Shown in pieces: positions 12,528 through 23,435 of a stretch of DNA of 64,000 nt. Below the pieces are notes generated by a model that searched no databases, had not been told where the DNA came from, and saw only the letters and a program-made list of their open reading frames with translations. The DNA is from Octopus vulgaris. Lineage: Eukaryota. Within the stretch, counting starts at the first letter, position 1. The number at the start of each line of letters is the position of its first letter. Position numbers and translations under genes: made by a program. Location: the NCBI GenBank assembly GCA_951406725.2, contig OX597815.1, forward strand, positions 188,232,001 to 188,296,000, given 5' to 3'.

Positions 12528-12946
12528 TTACTTTTTTACTCTTTTACTTGTTTCAGTCATTTGACTGCGGCCATGCTGGAGCACCACCTTTAGTCGAGCA
12601 AATTGACCCCGGGACTTATTCTTTGTAAGCCCAGTACTTATTCGATCGGTCTCTTTTGCCGAACCGCTAAGTGACGGGGACGTAAACACACCAGCATCGG
12701 TTGCCAAGCAATGCTAGGGGGACAAACACAGATACACAGACACATACACACACATACATATATATATGTATATACATATATACGACAGGCTTCTTTCAGT
12801 TTCCGTTTACCAAATCCACTCACAAGGCTTTGGTTGGCCCGAGGCTATAGTAGAAGACACTTGCCCAAGGTGCCACGCAGTGGGACTGAACCCAGAACCA
12901 TGTGGTTGGTTAGCAAGCTACTTACCTCACAGCCACTCCTGCGCCT
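12528..12946 (-). mobile_element. SINE family A, full length, young
   Basis: CpG-rich near-consensus copy with intact CAGTCAAATGACTG hairpin. Confidence 0.9.
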
Positions 12947-13488
12947 GTTTGAACAAATATTTCGCTGTTTGATATTTTATCTACCACAAGACTACTTGTC
13001 TGTCAGGTAAAGATTTTCATTGTGATTTTATAGATCTATATAAATTACACAGATCTCTTATATTTCTATTTTTGGAATTATTCTATTTTATTTTATTTAT
13101 TTATTTATTTATTTTTTGTAGTAGTTTTAATTGGTTTCAACTATGCATTATTATTCGATAAAGCAAATCCAGTTGTCTGTCGTTAGTCTTTCTGAAATAT
13201 CTGATTGAGTAAATATTGCTTCCAAGTACTGTTGCTAGGATAGTATTCAAATAATAAAGAAATATATCTATACAGCTGTTGGAATTCCACATGTATATTT
13301 TGTATAATTCCAACTGCCTGCAACACTTTACCAAATTTCTGCTCTTGGTTCTGCATATAAATGCGATCCTCCTGTGACCAAATTCCTAATGCAATATACT
13401 TCCTATGTGCTTTTATTAATTTTGAAAATATTCAAGAACTCAGAAGAGTTTTCTGAAAATTACTAACTTACATTATTAAACTGTTACC

Positions 13489-13705
13489 AAGATGGTGAGC
13501 TGGCAGAATCATTAGCATGCCGGGTGAAATGCTTAGCGGCATTTCGTCTGTCTATATGTTCTGTGTTCAAATTCCACCAAGATTGATTTTGCCTTTCATT
13601 CTTTCGGGGCTGATAAATTAAATACCAGTTGCATACTGGGCTTGATCTAATCAACTGGCCCCCTCCCCCAAAATTTCGGGCCTTGTGCCTAGAGTAGAAA
13701 AAAAT
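13489..13705 (+). mobile_element. SINE family B with alternative tail (...CCTTGTGCCTAGAGTAGAAAA)
   Basis: Family-B head and core; 3' part differs from the AAAGAAATA-tailed copies. Confidence 0.8.
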
Positions 13706-13929
13706 AAACTTCCTATGTGTTTTAATTAATTTTAGAAATATTCAAGAACTCAGAAAGATTTTCGGAGAATGACTAACTTTTACATTATTAAACAGTTATC
13801 AAGGCGTTGAGCTGGCAGAATTGTTAGCATGCTGGAAGGCTACGCCAGGCTCCAGTCTGATTTAGCATGGTTTTCTACGACTGGATGCCCTTCCTAACAC
13901 CAACCACTCCAAGAGTGTGTAATATTTTC

Positions 13930-13960
<31 letters not shown>

Positions 13961-14018
13961 CACACTTATATATATGTATATGTATATATATATATATGTG
14001 TGTGTATACATACATACC

Positions 14019-14054
<36 letters not shown>

Positions 14055-14150
14055 TATATATATGTAGTAATCCCTCGACTATTGCAGGTGTTACATTCCA
14101 AAACCCCTACAATAGGTGAAAATCCGTTAAGCAGAAACAGTACTGTACTT

Positions 14151-16619
14151 TGATTGATTGATTGATTGATTCTAGTTTCAGCTTATGAGCTGTGGCCATG
14201 CTGGGGCACCGCCATTTGGTGTTGCTACTTGGTTTCACTTCATGGAGGCTTTCTAGCAACTGCTATTTGGTGCATGAGAGAGTTCGATGCAGCTGCCCTC
14301 ATCTGCCCCTCCTGCCGTGAAGTTGGTTCATCTGGGACACCTGACAGGAAGAGATCCATCTTCATTTTAAAGACATCTGTATCCACCCCATGCAGGTCTC
14401 TCAGGTTCTTCGGGAGGATATTGAAGAGCTGTGGGCCTCGGAAGCCCAGGCTATCACAGAATCTTGTCCTACATCTTGATGGCAGGTTTGGAGTCCTAGG
14501 CACCACGCAGTGGCGCCCAGTTCTGGCATTTGCGTAACTCTCGATGCCAAAGTTCAGGACACTTCCCTCCAGGATCTTCCAGATGTATATTATGGCATAT
14601 CTTTCCCGCCTACGCTCCAGAGAATATAATTTTAATCTCTTGAGTCTTTCCCAGTAGCTTACATTCTGCATAGAGGCTATCTTCTTTGTGTAGCTTCGTT
14701 GGATCGCCTCAAGTTCTGTGATCAACTTGACACTAGATGGTGACCATAGCTGAGAGCAATAGTCAAAGTGGCTTAGGACAAGTGTCTTCCAGAGGACCAT
14801 CATGGTTTTTTGTTCTCTTGTTCTAAAGGTTCTAAGAATCCATCCAGCCAGCCGTCTACATTTCATTGTCAGTTTAGCAACATGTACATGAAAGGTCGCG
14901 TCATCACTCATGTGAATACCCAGGTCACGCACTGATTGTGCCTCTGGGATTGCAATCCCTCCGGGTCCAGTGTATTCATTGGGTATTGCATTCAGTTTTG
15001 CATGCTGATAGTATAAAGCTTGAAACTTTCCAGCATTGAACTGCATGCTATTCTTTTCAGCCCACTTGTATATTTCGTCCAGCTCACATTGCAGGTGTTT
15101 AGTGTCCTCAGGGTTCTGTATTGCCTGTGAAACTTTTGTATCATCTGCATAACTTGTGATCGTGGCTCTCTGCGTGGCTGAGGGCATGTCTGAGAGGGCC
15201 ATTATGAACAGTAGTGGTCCCAGAACAGTGCCCTGCGGAACACCGCTCACTATTTGTGTGTTAATGGAGGTGGCCCCATTGGCTACTACCACCTGACTTC
15301 TATCCTTCAGAAAGTCATGAAGCCATTCTCCCAGTTTTCCAACTATGTTGAGATCACGCAGTTTGTGACATATCATTCCATGATCGACTTTATCAAAGGC
15401 CTTTGCAAAGTCGAGATATATCACTTCCACATTTGAGTGGTTGAGCAGTTGTTTCAGCACCCAGTCATAGTGCTGCAGGAGCTGAGTTAAACAGCTTCTC
15501 CCTGGTCGGAAACCATGTTGGGTGTCGGGCAGCAAGTCATTCTCTTCAAGGAAGGTGATCAGCTTCCTTCTGACTATTCGTTCCATGACCTTGCTGATGT
15601 GTGAGGTCAGAGAGATAGGTCTATAGTTCTTGGCTTCCGCTCTGCTACCTCCTTTATGAATGGGGCATATTTTACCTTCCTTCAGTTTTCCTGGAAGTTT
15701 GCCAGCTGCAAGGAAGCTCTGAAAGAGGAACTGCAGTGGTCTTGCTAGGACTCTCTTACATGCTTTTAGGAGGATTGCCGGGAATCCATCGGGGCCAGTA
15801 GCTGAGTCTGTTTTCATTTCATCTATAGCCTTGGTTACATCGTCTTCCTTTATATCGATGTAATCTATCGTCACCGCCTCTGATTTTATATCGGCATTGG
15901 TAAAAAAGTCAGTTGGATTGGTGATTTGGAGATGCCCAAGGGGTGGAGTGAAAACACTCTTGAATTGCTCATTCAGTATTTCACTTACCCTCATTGGTTT
16001 TCCTGTAAGTGTGCCATCCTTTTCGAGGAGTGGCCCTATTCTACAGTGCACTGTAGCTGTTTCTTTGGCATACCTGTAGAAAGCTCTGGGGTTAGATTTT
16101 ATGTTTTCTATAGCCCAGGCTTCTTTGTCTGCTCTTTCTTTTTCATGGGAGAGTTGCAGACATTTTTCGATTTCCAACAGTTTTATTTTTAGGCGGGACT
16201 TTTCACTGCTTTCAATCTGTTTGTTTAGGCGATTTGAAAATTTCGTACGTCGTCTCATTAAAATTTTCCTCTCTCTGGGGATTTTGTTCTTGTGTACAGT
16301 GGCCTTTCTCTCTGGGACACATTTGTAGCATATGGCTTGCATTACAGACATGAATTGTTGAAGTTTCACGTCGATGTCTGGCGAGGAGAGACATTTAGGC
16401 CAGTTTTGTTTGAGGATCTCTTTCTCAATTTGTTTCCAGTTTGCCTTATGGTAGTTCAAGCTGGAAAGATTTTGAGGGTTTCTTGTAGGCTGCATGTCCG
16501 TGCTCTCTTTTGGCCCGTACATGGTCAGCTCTATCATGTTGTGATCCGAGAGTATTGTCGGTGTCACTTTCACATTATGGATGAGATCCATGTCATTTGT
16601 GAAGCAGAGATCCAGTGTG
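14151..16619 (-). mobile_element. 5'-truncated CR1-group (Jockey superfamily) LINE with short 3' UTR and (AATC)n tail
   Basis: ORF2, 3' UTR 14172-14239, tail 14151-14171; truncated inside the endonuclease domain. Confidence 0.92.
14240..16591 (-). CDS. LINE ORF2 fragment: end of APE endonuclease plus complete reverse transcriptase; 783 aa without stops; native start missing
   Basis: TLDLCFT..LSDH (APE end), GPDG, NYRPISLTS, QHGFRPGRSC, YLDFAKAFDKV, GVPQGTVLGPLLF, YADD, RDLG, SLERRR. Confidence 0.92.
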   Translation of the reverse strand: MDLIHNVKVTPTILSDHNMIELTMYGPKESTDMQPTRNPQNLSSLNYHKANWKQIEKEILKQNWPKCLSSPDIDVKLQQFMSVMQAICYKCVPERKATVHKNKIPRERKILMRRRTKFSNRLNKQIESSEKSRLKIKLLEIEKCLQLSHEKERADKEAWAIENIKSNPRAFYRYAKETATVHCRIGPLLEKDGTLTGKPMRVSEILNEQFKSVFTPPLGHLQITNPTDFFTNADIKSEAVTIDYIDIKEDDVTKAIDEMKTDSATGPDGFPAILLKACKRVLARPLQFLFQSFLAAGKLPGKLKEGKICPIHKGGSRAEAKNYRPISLTSHISKVMERIVRRKLITFLEENDLLPDTQHGFRPGRSCLTQLLQHYDWVLKQLLNHSNVEVIYLDFAKAFDKVDHGMICHKLRDLNIVGKLGEWLHDFLKDRSQVVVANGATSINTQIVSGVPQGTVLGPLLFIMALSDMPSATQRATITSYADDTKVSQAIQNPEDTKHLQCELDEIYKWAEKNSMQFNAGKFQALYYQHAKLNAIPNEYTGPGGIAIPEAQSVRDLGIHMSDDATFHVHVAKLTMKCRRLAGWILRTFRTREQKTMMVLWKTLVLSHFDYCSQLWSPSSVKLITELEAIQRSYTKKIASMQNVSYWERLKRLKLYSLERRRERYAIIYIWKILEGSVLNFGIESYANARTGRHCVVPRTPNLPSRCRTRFCDSLGFRGPQLFNILPKNLRDLHGVDTDVFKMKMDLFLSGVPDEPTSRQEGQMRAAASNSLMHQIAVARKPP

Positions 16620-16753
16620 TATATATTTTTTTATTATTTTTATAATTTCTATATTTTTATTTTATCATAAATGCAAAACAACACCACGGAGGAATCAATG
16701 TAAACTTAAATAATAAACCGTGATAAATGAACCACGATATGACAAGAAATTAC

Positions 16754-16811
<58 letters not shown>

Positions 16812-16857
16812 TAGGAAGCAGTGTAGCAATGCGTCACCAAAAAGGAAAATTATGAGT

Positions 16858-17245
16858 GTCAATAAATATGGCAGAAGGCGTTAGAATACTTACAATGCTA
16901 GGAGTATCACAACTGCCAATTTCAGCCATCTACAGTCACTGTCAGTATGTATGCATACAATTATGTTCATTGACTGCAGGATCAGAGCACTTTAGCTCTT
17001 ATTTCTAGCTGAGGGGCGATCTTATCTGGAATCTGGTGAGTGGTGCCGACTCTACTGAAGAGGTTTTGGTCTTCAAGCCAAAATCGTCAACAGTATAGGG
17101 ATATCACGACTGCCAAGTTCGGCCATTTACAGTCACTGTCAGTATGTTTGTATACAATAGTGTGTGTTGACTGCAGCATCAGAGGACATTAGCTCTTATT
17201 TCTAGCATTGTAGGAGTTCTAACATCCTTTGTCATATCTAATGAC
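16858..17245. repeat. Composite inverted + direct repeat between TA microsatellites; possible Penelope-like LTR remnant
   Basis: Inverted 16858-16901 / 17202-17245; direct ~16905-17009 / 17102-17206; degenerate CTGAAGA-GGTTT..AAGCC-AAAA at 17055-17083. Confidence 0.55.
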
Positions 17246-17289
17246 GATTTTTACTTTTTATGCATGCATATTTTTGTGTGTGTAAATAT

Positions 17290-17328
17290 ATGTATAATGC
17301 ATATATATATATATACATATACATATAC

Positions 17329-17388
<60 letters not shown>

Positions 17389-17990
17389 GTATATATATGC
17401 ATACACATATGCATGCACACATACACACACACATTTAGGCACATGCACAAAAGCATGTGCATGTAAAAACTGCAAGGCAACTCAATAATGCATTTGCACC
17501 AACAAAAATTCTGCAGTGTGCATGTTGTCACTGACAGTGCACTTTACACACACACACACATAGACACAAACACACACAAGCACACACACAAGCACACACA
17601 CACACATACACACACAAACACACACAAGCACACACACACACAAACACACAAACACACACACACACACAAGCACTCACACGCAAACACACACAAGCACACA
17701 CACGAAACACACACAAGCACACACACGTAGACACAAACACACACAAGCATACACACTTAAACACACACAAGCACTCACACAAACACACACACACACACAC
17801 AAACACACACAAAAACACACACAAGCACACACACACATAGACACAAGTACACACACATACATACACACACATACACACATACACACACATACATACACAC
17901 ATACACACACATGCACACCCACATACATACACACACGTACATACCCACACACAAACACACACACACACACACACACAAATACATACCCAT
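17290..17990. repeat. (TA)n and degenerate (CA)n microsatellite tract
   Basis: Direct reading. Confidence 0.95.
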
Positions 17991-18438
17991 GCATATCTGG
18001 CCAAAACAGTTTACTATGAGCGAAACATCCCTCCAGCTGTTGACACATTGTAACCACAGCGAAGCTTTTTAGCTTTAAGCTGCAGAAATGCTGGATAATT
18101 TCAAAATGTTTCATCAGCTTTCACTGATATCAATAGGAAGCTAGTTTAATATTAAGCTTTAGTACAAAGTCTGCTAATTGTCTCAGCTTTGCCATTAGAT
18201 CTGAGCTATGGGTTTTGATTGATCTACATGCGATTGCTGATTTACAGTATGAAGTGGTTGATAGTTATCTATATATTGATTGCATCGTGTAGTAACTGTT
18301 AGCTATCTCTAAATTGTATTAAATCATCAACAGACTATTACATCTATATTGATTGCATCAGGGATTAATAAATAGCTTATGTTGAGCATCTTAAAGTAGC
18401 TGGTATGGTTGTTTTCATGACATGTTATTGTAGCCGTT

Positions 18439-19231
18439 TTATTGTAGTAGTTCCAAAGGCTGTCATAGCCGGGAGTGGTAGCGGGGATAAGCTCCCACTG
18501 CCTACAAAGTGCTCCCACGGCGTGCGTCTCAAATAGCCTCTGACAGTCAAGTCCAACTCCTGGCCTTCCCGCGACGAAACTGTTCCCACTGACAGGAGAA
18601 GGGGCAAAGGCGAGTCACCAGCGCCTTAAAACCAGTTGCTTCGGGTAGTTGGGACTCGATAGCCTTGACTGGCAGCCCAACTAGGAGAGGGAAACTCCGA
18701 TTCCAAACCTCCGCTACCTTGCGGCAAGACCCCCTCCTGGAGAAGGGGAAGGGAGTAACCCTCGACAGAAAATCCGGAGCTGGAGTCCCTAAGGTGGCCT
18801 GACTTGATAGCCTTGGCTGGCAGCCCAACTAGGAGAGGGAAACTCCGATTTCAAACCTCTGCTGCCTTGCGGCAAGACCCCCTCCTGGGGGAAGGCTAAG
18901 GGAGTAACCCCCCCCGACAGAAAATCCGGAGCTGGAGTCCCTAAGGCGGCCTGACACCACACGTCATCACCAGCAACTCCTGCGACGCATCTGGTACCAA
19001 GCTGTATCGACCCCGTCATTCCCTTGGAGCTACCAGCTGCGTGGAGAGGGGGGGAGGGTCAAACTGCGGGGGCAACAGCTGATCCCTCATACAAACCTGC
19101 CCAGGCCTTGTAGCTCAACAGGAAGAGGTGATTGGTCTGCACAGCCACACCAGGAAGTGCAGATAAACACCCACCACCTTTTCCGAGCTACACCATCGTC
19201 TCTCGAGACGGACGGATACCGACGACAACAC
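18439..19231 (+). mobile_element. Internally deleted (bipartite) non-autonomous RTE element: 5' UTR fused to the extreme 3' end
   Basis: TSD TGTAGCCGTT (18429-18438 and 19232-19241); RTE-like 5' UTR motif CTAGGAGAGGGAAACTCCGATTCCAAACC; frameshifted ORF2 end IGLHS(H)TRKCR*; 3' CCATCGTCTCTCGAGACGGACGGATACCGACGAC; 148-bp internal tandem duplication. Confidence 0.75.
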
Positions 19232-19989
19232 TGTAGCCGTTACCTCTCAATTGATTGTATAATGTTGTTACTTTCATTCAATGTTGTGATGTCACCTGGT
19301 ATCACTTTTAGACGATCAGTAACCGCAAAGATGTGACTGAGTGAATCCACATTACTTGTCTCCGGAGAATTCAGAAATAAACTGGACAGTACGTAAAAAG
19401 AAAAAAAAGGAAAGAAAATGGAAACCGGTTCAGATTGTCATTCGCCATTCTGTTTCCAATAATTTATTTGCATTTTGAGACAAAGTCGATTAGTGTACAA
19501 AGAACTGCACTGCCTGATCCTACTTCTGTTCATATGTTATGGAATTGAAGCCACTGAAGCTATTTTCTGGTTGCTGCTAAAAAGAATTTTATTCCATATT
19601 GGTTGTGTTTGTCTAACACTCATTGAATAAACACCAAATCAAAGTGGAACACCTAGCTATATTGGACATTTGGACATGAACACACATACATGCACACACA
19701 CACAAACACATGCACACACACACACACACACACACACATGATATAGTATACTTATTACAATATAATTCAATACTCTTTTACTTGTTTCAGTCATTTGACT
19801 GTGGCCATGCTGGGGCTATACCTTTAGTCAAATAAATTGGCAACAGGATTTATTCTTTGTAAGCCTAGTACTTATTTGACCAGTCTCTTTTGCTGAACTG
19901 CTACGTGACAGAGATGCAAACACACCAACACCGGTTATCAAGCGATGGTGGTGGGGGGACAAACACAGATGCTTCCGGTCATTTCAAAA

Positions 19990-20182
19990 TGTAACTGCAT
20001 GTGTATCGTTGATGATTTTCTTCCTCCATCTTCTCTTCATTTGGACTTTCCTCTATTTCTGAAGAAGAGCTTGGCTCGAAACATTAAATCCTCTTTCCTT
20101 CATCTTTCCTGAGTGTCTGATAATACAGTACTTGTACCATGTCCTTGCATTATTGTTTTTTCTTCTTTGTTTGGATTCACTA
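19990..20182 (+). mobile_element. ~200-bp hammerhead-bearing element, older copy (ribozyme motif 20055-20089)
   Basis: ATTT-CTGAAGA-A-GAGC-ttg-GCTC-GAAA-CATT-AAAT; homologous to 23233-23437. Confidence 0.7.
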
Positions 20183-20199
20183 CACACATACATACATAC

Positions 20200-20245
<46 letters not shown>

Positions 20246-20246
<1 letters not shown>

Positions 20247-20548
20247 GAGGCGCAATGGCCTAGTGGTTAGGGCAGTGGACTCACGGTCCTAAGATCGCAG
20301 TTTCGATTCCTAGACCGGGCGTTATGAGTGTTTATTGAGCGAAAACACCTAAAAGCTCCAGGAGGCTCCAGCAGGGAGTGGTGATCCCTGCTGTGCTCTT
20401 TCACCACTCTTTCTCTTTCTTTCTTCTGTTGGTCTGCTCGCTTAGCCAGTGGGGTAGCGTCATTCGAAGGCTAAAACAATGCGAACACATTGTGACCAGC
20501 GATGTGTAGCAACATCTGATGGTCTGGTCGGTCAGGTGATCAGGTGAT
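20246..20548 (+). mobile_element. tRNA-derived SINE with the same head as 397 but a different 3' half ending GTGATCA(G/C)GTGAT(AT)n
   Basis: A/B boxes; a 5'-truncated copy of this tail lies at 41240-41362. Confidence 0.85.
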
Positions 20549-21134
20549 ATATATATATATATATATACATTTGAAGGTCTTATTTCAGTTTCTGTCTACC
20601 AAATCCACTCACAAGGCTTTGGTTGGCCTGAGGCTATAGTAGAAAACACTTGCCCAAGGTGCCATGCCATGTGGTTGAGAAGTAAGCTTCTTACCACACA
20701 GACACTCCTGCAACTTGTGATTTTTTTTATGTCTCAAATAATGATAGAAATAAGCTATGTTGGGTGCAATATGTACATACTCCTCAATGCATTGGGTTTT
20801 TTGTATATTCAGAGTCTATAAATCATCATCATCATCGTCACCATTTAACATCCGTTTTGCTTGCTTGTATAGGTTGAATATTTTGACAGGAACTGGTAAG
20901 CAGGAGGATTGCACCAAACCCTACTGTCAGCTCTGGTATTGTTTCTACAGCAGGATGCCTTTCCTAACACCAGTCATGTCACCGAGTGTATCAATAGTTA
21001 CCTTTGGTTAAGATTCAATCCATAAAATTTATTGAGTGTCAGACTGCATTGTGTGGTCTTCAACTATATATGGAGACGATGTAATTACAAAGATGGATCT
21101 ATGGTATTATCATTTGGCTGACTCCCTATATACC

Positions 21135-21787
21135 TATTTCTTTACTACCCACAAGGAGCTAAAGACAGAGGAGACAAACAAGGACAGACAAACGGTTTAA
21201 GTTGATTACATTGACCCCAGTGCATAACTGGTACTTAATTTATAAAGGCGGCGAGCTGGCAGAAACGTTAGCACGCCGGATGAAATGCTTAGCGGTATTT
21301 CGTCTGTCGTTACGTCGTGAGTTCAAATTCCGCCGAGGTTGACTTTGCCTTTCATCCTTTCGGGGTCGATAAATTAAGTACCATTTCCACACTGGGGTCG
21401 ATGTAATCGACTTAATACCTATGTCTGTCCTTGTTTGTCCCCTCTATGTTTAGCCCCTTGTGGGTAATAAAGAAATAGGTATTTCGTCTGCTGCTACGTT
21501 CTGAGTTCAAATTCCGCTGAGGTCAACTTTGCATTTCATCCTTTCGGGGTCAATTAAATAAGTACCAGTTACACACTGGGGTCGATATAATCGACTTAAT
21601 CCGTTTGTCTGTCCTTGTTTGTCCTCTCTGTGTTTAGCCCCTTGTGGGTAGTAAAGAAATAGGTACTTAATTTATTGACCCCGAAAGGATAAAAGGCAAT
21701 GTCAGCCTCGGTGAAATTTGAACTCAGAACGAAATATGGCTATGCATTTCGCCCGGCATGCTAATGTTTCTGCCAGCTCGCCGCCTT
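21135..21787 (-). mobile_element. SINE family B, host of a nested opposite-strand copy
   Basis: TSD ACTCCCTATATACC (21121-21134 and 21792-21805). Confidence 0.85.
21244..21661 (+). mobile_element. Dimeric (~1.7-mer) family-B SINE nested in another family-B copy
   Basis: TSD GGTACTTAATTTAT (21230-21243 and 21662-21675); junction AAAGAAATA|GGTATTTCGTCTG. Confidence 0.9.
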
Positions 21788-22451
21788 ATATACTCCCTAT
21801 ATACCATAGGACTGCAGGATTAGGATTAACCTACAGGCTACACAACAACAACAAACAACAACAAAAACTACAATAAAAGCTCCATTGACTATGTTATATG
21901 GTACTTCCTGTGTCCATATTAATCATATCATTTTGTGGCTATTAGTGAGTCTTTATACGTTGTATTGATTGCTACCTCTATACTCAATGCAGCATGTAGT
22001 GGCTGTTATTTATCTCCTTTCATTACATCAATCCAGCGACTGTTATCCCTATATTGATTACATCATATATTTACAGTTCCATAGTAATCTAATGTAATTT
22101 ATTTAATACTGTCTATATAAATTACATGGTTACCCTACTTGTACATTGATTAAACTATTTGTTATCTCTTAATACAGATACATATTACAACATTTCATGT
22201 TCCTCAACAGTACACGGCACTAATCATATCTATTGTGTTGACTATCATCCTGTTCTGAGCATCATAATCTCTTTCTAAATCCTTTATGGATTACATCCTT
22301 TCTCTATCATCACTACATAATATAGTACTTCCTGTTATTTTTAACTTAAATATTTATTAAACAGGATCATTTTCAATACATCTGAATTAATTGCATAAGT
22401 TATTGTTAAATGCTTTATACTTTGATCATAAATACAAAGACAGTCATCTTT

Positions 22452-22713
22452 ATTATTAACCAAAATGGTTTTCTAAAGCCAAAGCTTACCTTTGGATCCA
22501 ATCTGTCTTTGATTAATAATCTAGTTTTGACAAAGGAATGGTCTCTAAATTTTTTTATTGTTTATCTTTTAATAAATTTGAATAAATTTTTTTATTATTA
22601 ACCAAAAAGGATTTCTAAAGCCAAAGCTTACCTTTGGATCTAATCTGTCTTTGAATTAATAATCTAGTTTTGACAAAGGAATGGTCTCTAAATCTTTTTA
22701 TTGTTTATCTTTT
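22452..22713. repeat. Tandem duplication of ~120 bp of unique sequence (period ~142)
   Basis: ttattaaccaaaa...ctaaagccaaagcttacctttggatc...attgtttatctttt occurs twice. Confidence 0.9.
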
Positions 22714-23188
22714 GTTTGTTTGTGTCATTAAACTGTGGCCATGCTGGAGCACTGTCTTGAAGAATTTTTAGTCAAATAAATCAGTCCTAGTATTTTAGTT
22801 TTCTCTTTTTTAAAGCCTGGTACTTACTCTGTCAGATTCTTTTGCTGAACTGCTAAGTTGTGGGGATGTAAACACACCTACACCGGTTGTCAAGCACTAG
22901 TTTGGAATAAACACAGACAGAAAGACGCATGCAAGCACGTGCACACACACAAACACACATACACACACACACAAACAAACATGCACACACATACACACAC
23001 ACATGCATGCACACAGACACACACACAAACAAATACACACACACACACATGCGTGTATATGTATACCACAGACTTCCTTTTGTTTCTGTCAACCAAAACC
23101 ACTCACATAGGTTTGGTTCCTAATCATATGAACCTGGAACCATACAGTTGGGAAGCAAGCTTCTTACCACACAACCACTCCTGCACCT
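22705..23188 (-). mobile_element. SINE family A, diverged
   Basis: Tail, (CA)n middle and head motifs. Confidence 0.75.
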
Positions 23189-23192
23189 ATGT

Positions 23193-23232
<40 letters not shown>

Positions 23233-23235
<3 letters not shown>

Positions 23236-23435
23236 ACCTCGTGTGTACCGTTGGCGATTTTTTTTTTCCTCTGTTTTCCCTTCTCTGGATCTTTCCTTCT
23301 CCTATGTTTCTGAAGAAGAGCTCCGCTCGAAACGTTAAACCCTCCTTCTTCCCTTCTTTCCTGAGCGTCCAATAATACTATATTTGTTCCACGTCCTCGC
23401 GTTGTGTTTTTTTGTGTTTTCTTGTTTGGATTAAC

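Larger units (their letters stand above)
14065..16755. mobile_element. Tigger/pogo-like MITE split by the LINE insertion (halves 14065-14150 and 16620-16755)
   Basis: Degenerate TIRs TAGTAATCCCTCGACTATTGC / CCACGATATGACAAGAAATTACTA in TA context; a related solo TIR GAGGGATTACTG|TA lies at ~41060-41072. Confidence 0.6.
19770..20715 (-). mobile_element. SINE family A copy interrupted by a hammerhead element and an OR-type SINE
   Basis: Tail at 19770-19970, head at 20575-20715. Confidence 0.7.

Noticed and set aside
13271-13322. Hairpin GTTGGAATT/AATTCCAAC as a pre-miRNA
   Set aside because: Only ~50 nt with several mismatches; no seed I recognise
15254-16645. Plus-strand ORFs overlapping the LINE
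   Set aside because: Antisense shadows of ORF2
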